Virus record (IMG/VR): IMGVR_UViG_2675903413_000006
Coordinates: 1-19,819 of that record
DNA length: 19,819 nucleotides
Strand: one strand, 5' to 3'
From: a virus
Lineage: Duplodnaviria; Heunggongvirae; Uroviricota; Caudoviricetes
The stretch's first letter is position 1. Each line of letters begins with the position of its first letter. Positions 16,558 to 19,819 of the stretch are shown piece after piece. The notes beneath the pieces are model-generated. The model saw only the letters and a list, made by a program, of their open reading frames with translations. It made no database searches and was not told the origin of the DNA. Position numbers and translations under genes: made by a program.

Positions 16558-17633
16558 ACGATAACGTCACGCTACGGGTAAATGGCCGGGAGTGGAATGG
16601 CTGGACATCGGTGCGCATCGGTGCCGGTGTTGAACGACTGGCGCGGGATTTCAGTGTGGAGATCACCCGCCAGTGGCCGGGAAATGAGGGTATTACCACG
16701 CTTCAGCCGCGCATTAAAAACGGTTCAAAAGTGGAAGTGCTGATTGGTGATGAGCTGGTGATCACCGGCTGGGTGGAGGCGACGCCCGTTCGTTACGATG
16801 CCCGTTCGGTCAGCACCGGTATTGCCGGACGTAGTCTGACCGCAGACCTGATTGACTGTGCAGCCGAACCGACACAGTTTAACGGACGATCGCTGGTACA
16901 GATTGCGCAGGCGCTTGCTGCGCCTTTCGGCATTGAGGTGGTGAACAGCGGTGCGCCGTCGGGTGTTATTCCTGATGTCCAGCCTGATCACGGTGAAACG
17001 GTGATTGAGGTGATCAACAAAATACTCGGTCAGCAGCAGGCGCTGGCTTACGACGACCCGCACGGCAGGCTGGTGATTGGCGGTATTGGCTCAACGCGGG
17101 CACATACCGCGCTGGTACTCGGGGAAAACATCCTTTCCTGCGATACGGAGAAGAGTATCCGGGAGCGGTTTTCTGTTTACCAGGTGGCGGGGCAGCGTGC
17201 CGGAAACGACGATGATTTCGGTGAGGCCACCACCACCGCGCTGCGGGCCCGCACAGAGGACGCATTTATTGCCCGTTACCGTCCGATGTATATCAGGCAG
17301 ACAGGGCAGGCTACGGGGGCAGGCTGTATTGCCCGTGCTGACTTTGAAGCCCGACAACGGGCGGCGCGAACGGACGAAACCACCTATGTGGTGCAGGGCT
17401 GGCGACAGGGTAACGGTACGCTGTGGCAGCCCAACCAGCGGGTGATTGTCTTCGATCCGGTCTGTGGGTTTGACAATACCGAACTGCTTGTCTCGGAGGT
17501 CACGTTTACTCAGGACCAGAACGGCACTCTGACGGAAATCCGTGTCGGCCCGCCTGATGCTTATCTGCCTGAACCCGAAGACCCCGGCGCGCGGAAAAAG
17601 AAAAAAGCCAGAGTACAGGAGGACCCGTTCTGA
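16554..17633 (+). CDS. Baseplate hub protein, Mu gpP / P2 gpD-like (phage late control D family)
   Basis: 359 aa; size, position and sequence character fit the gpP/gpD family. Confidence 0.75.
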   Translation: MNDNVTLRVNGREWNGWTSVRIGAGVERLARDFSVEITRQWPGNEGITTLQPRIKNGSKVEVLIGDELVITGWVEATPVRYDARSVSTGIAGRSLTADLIDCAAEPTQFNGRSLVQIAQALAAPFGIEVVNSGAPSGVIPDVQPDHGETVIEVINKILGQQQALAYDDPHGRLVIGGIGSTRAHTALVLGENILSCDTEKSIRERFSVYQVAGQRAGNDDDFGEATTTALRARTEDAFIARYRPMYIRQTGQATGAGCIARADFEARQRAARTDETTYVVQGWRQGNGTLWQPNQRVIVFDPVCGFDNTELLVSEVTFTQDQNGTLTEIRVGPPDAYLPEPEDPGARKKKKARVQEDPF

Positions 17634-18181
17634 TGAGGACGATTGAAGCCATGCAGCGACAACTTCTCGGTCTGATTGGGCGGGCAGTGGTGAAAAGCAT
17701 CAGTGCCGCCACGAAATGTCAGACCGTGGATGTGTCCCTGATTGCCGGTGAACCCAAAGCAGGGGTTGAACATCTTGAACCCTACGGTTTTACCGCAAGG
17801 GCAAACAGCGGTGCGGAAGCGGTGGTGTTGTTTCCGGATGGCGACCGTTCTCATGCGGTGGTTGTTACGGTGTCGGACCGGCGCTACCGCCTGAAAGGGC
17901 TGCAGACGGGTGAGGTGGCTGTCTATGACGATCAGGGGCAGTCCGTGACGCTGACCCGGGAGGGGATCGTGGTGGACGGTGCAGGTAAAACGATCACGTT
18001 TCGCAATGCGCCCAGAGCACGTTTTGAAATGGACCTGGAAGTGACCGGACAGGTGAAAGACCTGTGCGACTCCGGCGGCACCACCATGTCAGCGATGCGG
18101 CTTGCCTATAACGGGCATCGTCACAGAGAGAACGGTCAGGGCAGTAACACCGACAAACCTGATAAAGCGATGGAGGCATGA
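17633..18181 (+). CDS. Baseplate spike / assembly protein, Mu gp45-like (gpV-like)
   Basis: 182 aa; overlapping-stop coupling with the flanking baseplate genes; fits the gp45/V family by position and sequence character. Confidence 0.75.
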   Translation: MRTIEAMQRQLLGLIGRAVVKSISAATKCQTVDVSLIAGEPKAGVEHLEPYGFTARANSGAEAVVLFPDGDRSHAVVVTVSDRRYRLKGLQTGEVAVYDDQGQSVTLTREGIVVDGAGKTITFRNAPRARFEMDLEVTGQVKDLCDSGGTTMSAMRLAYNGHRHRENGQGSNTDKPDKAMEA

Positions 18182-18606
18182 TGGAACTGTGGCTGACGGT
18201 GAACGGTAAACGCACCTGCGCCAGCGCACCGCTGGATCCGCTGACCCGCGCCGTGGTGATTTCCCTGTTTACCTGGCGGCGGGCGGAGCCTGATGACAAC
18301 GCCGACGTCCCGATGGGATGGTGGGGGGATACCTGGCCTGCGGTACAGAATGACCGTTACGGCTCCCGGCTGTGGCTGCTTCAGCGCAGCAAACTGACCA
18401 ATCAGCTGGTGCAGACGGTAAGGGGATATATCCGCGAATGCCTGCAATGGATGACTGATGACGGCGTGGTGTCCCGTATTGATCTGGATATCCGCCGCAC
18501 CGGGATTAATGAACTGGGTAACAGTATCACTCTCTGGCGTCGTGACGGACCGGTAATGATTTCTTTTGATGATCTGTGGAGTGCGATAACGCATGGCGGA
18601 CAGTGA
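18178..18606 (+). CDS. Mu gp46-like baseplate protein (Phage_GP46 family)
   Basis: 142 aa with the MGWWGD...GSRLWLL motif typical of the GP46 family. Confidence 0.75.
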   Translation: MMELWLTVNGKRTCASAPLDPLTRAVVISLFTWRRAEPDDNADVPMGWWGDTWPAVQNDRYGSRLWLLQRSKLTNQLVQTVRGYIRECLQWMTDDGVVSRIDLDIRRTGINELGNSITLWRRDGPVMISFDDLWSAITHGGQ

Positions 18607-18811
18607 ATTTCAGCGCCCGACGCTGGCAGAAAATATCAGTATGCTCCGTAACGATTTATTCGCCAGGCTGGACGTCAGCGACACGCTCCGGCGCATGGAT
18701 GAAGACGTGCGGGCAAAGGTGTATGCGGCGGCGCTGCATACGGTTTACGGTTACATCGATTACGTCAAATTGGCGGGCATAATGCCTGGCGTGACAGCAA
18801 CGGACAGTTGA
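18593..18811 (+). pseudogene. Baseplate J-like protein (Mu gp47 family), N-terminal ~70-aa fragment truncated at a deletion junction
   Basis: ...VYAAALHTVYGYIDYVKLAGIMPGVTAT matches the N-terminal region of baseplate J proteins; the ORF ends after 72 codons and the downstream DNA encodes an autotransporter beta-domain. Confidence 0.7.
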
Positions 18812-19601
18812 GAACGACCTCGCATCGCTACGTCTCGCAGTTAGGGGGCGATCTGTTAACCGGTGGTTTTACCGATAGTGACAGTTGGCGTTTGGGAGTG
18901 ATGGCTGGTTATGCCCGCGACTACAACTTAACTCATTCCAGCGTGTCGGATTATCGTTCGAAAGGGAGTGTCAGAGGCTATAGCGCAGGGCTGTATGCCA
19001 CCTGGTTTGCCGATGACATCAGTAAAAAAGGCGCATACATTGACTCCTGGGCGCAATATAGCTGGTTTAAAAACTCGGTGAAAGGGGATGAATTAGCCTA
19101 TGAATCCTATAGCGCGAAAGGTGCAACCGTCTCGCTGGAAGCGGGTTACGGTTTTGCCCTGAATAAATCCTTTGGTCTGGAAGCGGCGAAATATACGTGG
19201 ATCTTCCAGCCACAGGCACAGGCTATCTGGATGGGCGTCGATCATAATGCGCACACGGAAGCCAATGGCTCACGTATTGAGAATGACGCAAATAACAACA
19301 TCCAGACCCGACTCGGCTTCCGCACCTTTATTCGTACTCAGGAGAAAAACAGCGGTCCGCACGGTGACGACTTTGAACCTTTTGTTGAAATGAACTGGAT
19401 CCATAACAGTAAAGATTTTGCTGTCTCAATGAACGGTGTGAAAGTCGAACAAGATGGGGCGAGTAATTTGGGGGAAATTAAACTTGGCGTAAATGGCAAC
19501 CTGAATCCAGCGGCCAGCGTCTGGGGAATGTGGGCGTGCAGCTGGGTGATAATGGCTACAATGACACCGCAGTGATGGTGGGCCTGAAATATAAGTTCTG
19601 A
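18808..19601 (+). pseudogene. Autotransporter outer-membrane beta-barrel domain remnant, 5'-truncated, with a 1-nt frameshift near 19525-19530
   Basis: Beta-domain-like sequence (GYSAGLYATWF...SLEAGYGF...). Reading frame 0 from ~19503 gives the canonical C-terminus ...NVGVQLGDNGYNDTAVMVGLKYKF*, while the upstream frame ends early; the passenger domain is absent. Confidence 0.75.
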
Positions 19602-19613
19602 TCCCGCCGTTAG

Positions 19614-19645
19614 CTAAAAAACCGCGTCGTATTCATCGACGCGGT
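19614..19645 (-). terminator. Intrinsic terminator for the minus-strand small gene (hairpin ACCGCGTCG...CGACGCGGT followed by a T-run on the minus strand)
   Basis: On the plus strand: AAAAAACCGCGTCGtattcatCGACGCGGT; 9-bp stem, 7-nt loop. Confidence 0.7.
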
Positions 19646-19657
19646 ACATATGAAATA

Positions 19658-19819
19658 TTATTTTTTGCCGATAGCACGCATGGTGTCATCAATTGCCGTG
19701 ATCAACAGCATTTGCGGGTCTTTAGCGCAAACCTGATTCAGTTTTTCTACCACTTTGGCGCTCAGTTCCGGAGATTGCTCAATTTTTAAATCACGGCTGG
19801 CAACGCTGGCATTACCCAT
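19658..19819 (-). CDS. Hypothetical small protein (53 aa), start codon at the window edge
   Basis: Reverse-strand ORF MGNASVASRDLKIEQSPELSAKVVEKLNQVCAKDPQMLLITAIDDTMRAIGKK* followed by a terminator; likely a host gene flanking the prophage remnant. Confidence 0.5.
   Translation of the reverse strand: MGNASVASRDLKIEQSPELSAKVVEKLNQVCAKDPQMLLITAIDDTMRAIGKK

Larger units (their letters stand above)
1873..18800. mobile_element. Defective mosaic lambdoid prophage (int-xis, immunity, nin-like, Q, lysis, terminase, Mu-like baseplate remnant) with internal deletions
   Basis: Lambda-like order of recognisable phage genes; truncated terL fused to a gpN C-terminus; truncated J-like gene at the right boundary; no O/P replication genes. 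Boundaries are approximate and no attL/attR pair was identified. Confidence 0.8.

Noticed and set aside
17014-17854. Several overlapping ORFs within and antisense to the gpP-like gene
   Set aside because: Off-frame and antisense reads of a GC-rich gene; the products are Arg/Pro-rich and low-complexity.
1-19819. CRISPR arrays, tRNA or rRNA genes
   Set aside because: No regularly spaced direct repeats and no tRNA-like sequence were seen, including in the 1873-2022 interval next to int where a tRNA target might be expected.

Overview
The window is dominated by a decayed, mosaic lambdoid prophage (about 1.9-18.8 kb) lying between an AT-rich 623-aa gene on the left and an autotransporter beta-domain remnant plus a small gene on the right. 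Gene order on the prophage is lambda-like: int-xis (minus strand), a cI-like S24 repressor divergent from a cro-like gene with a perfect operator palindrome between them, a 186-CII-like regulator, a Dam-like methyltransferase, a LexA-DNA-binding-domain-only protein, rusA, a KilA-N gene behind a LexA box, DUF968, a QuuD-like antiterminator Q, then S-R-Rz/Rz1 lysis genes, an HNH endonuclease and a P27-family small terminase. The prophage is defective: no O/P replication genes are present, the large terminase stops after about 265 aa and runs directly into the C-terminus of a Mu-like gpN, and a Mu-like baseplate J gene is truncated where it meets the autotransporter remnant. Mu-like gpP/gp45/gp46 baseplate genes are intact. 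The most interesting locus is an AT-rich two-gene operon (340-aa soluble protein plus a 194-aa four-helix membrane protein) inserted antisense between Q and the late promoter/tR' region; I cannot match it to any family and propose it as a candidate phage-carried defence or abortive-infection module. The 623-aa left-flank protein carries a C-terminal PD-(D/E)xK-like nuclease motif and is a second defence candidate. All calls are from reading the sequence and ORF translations; no database search was run.
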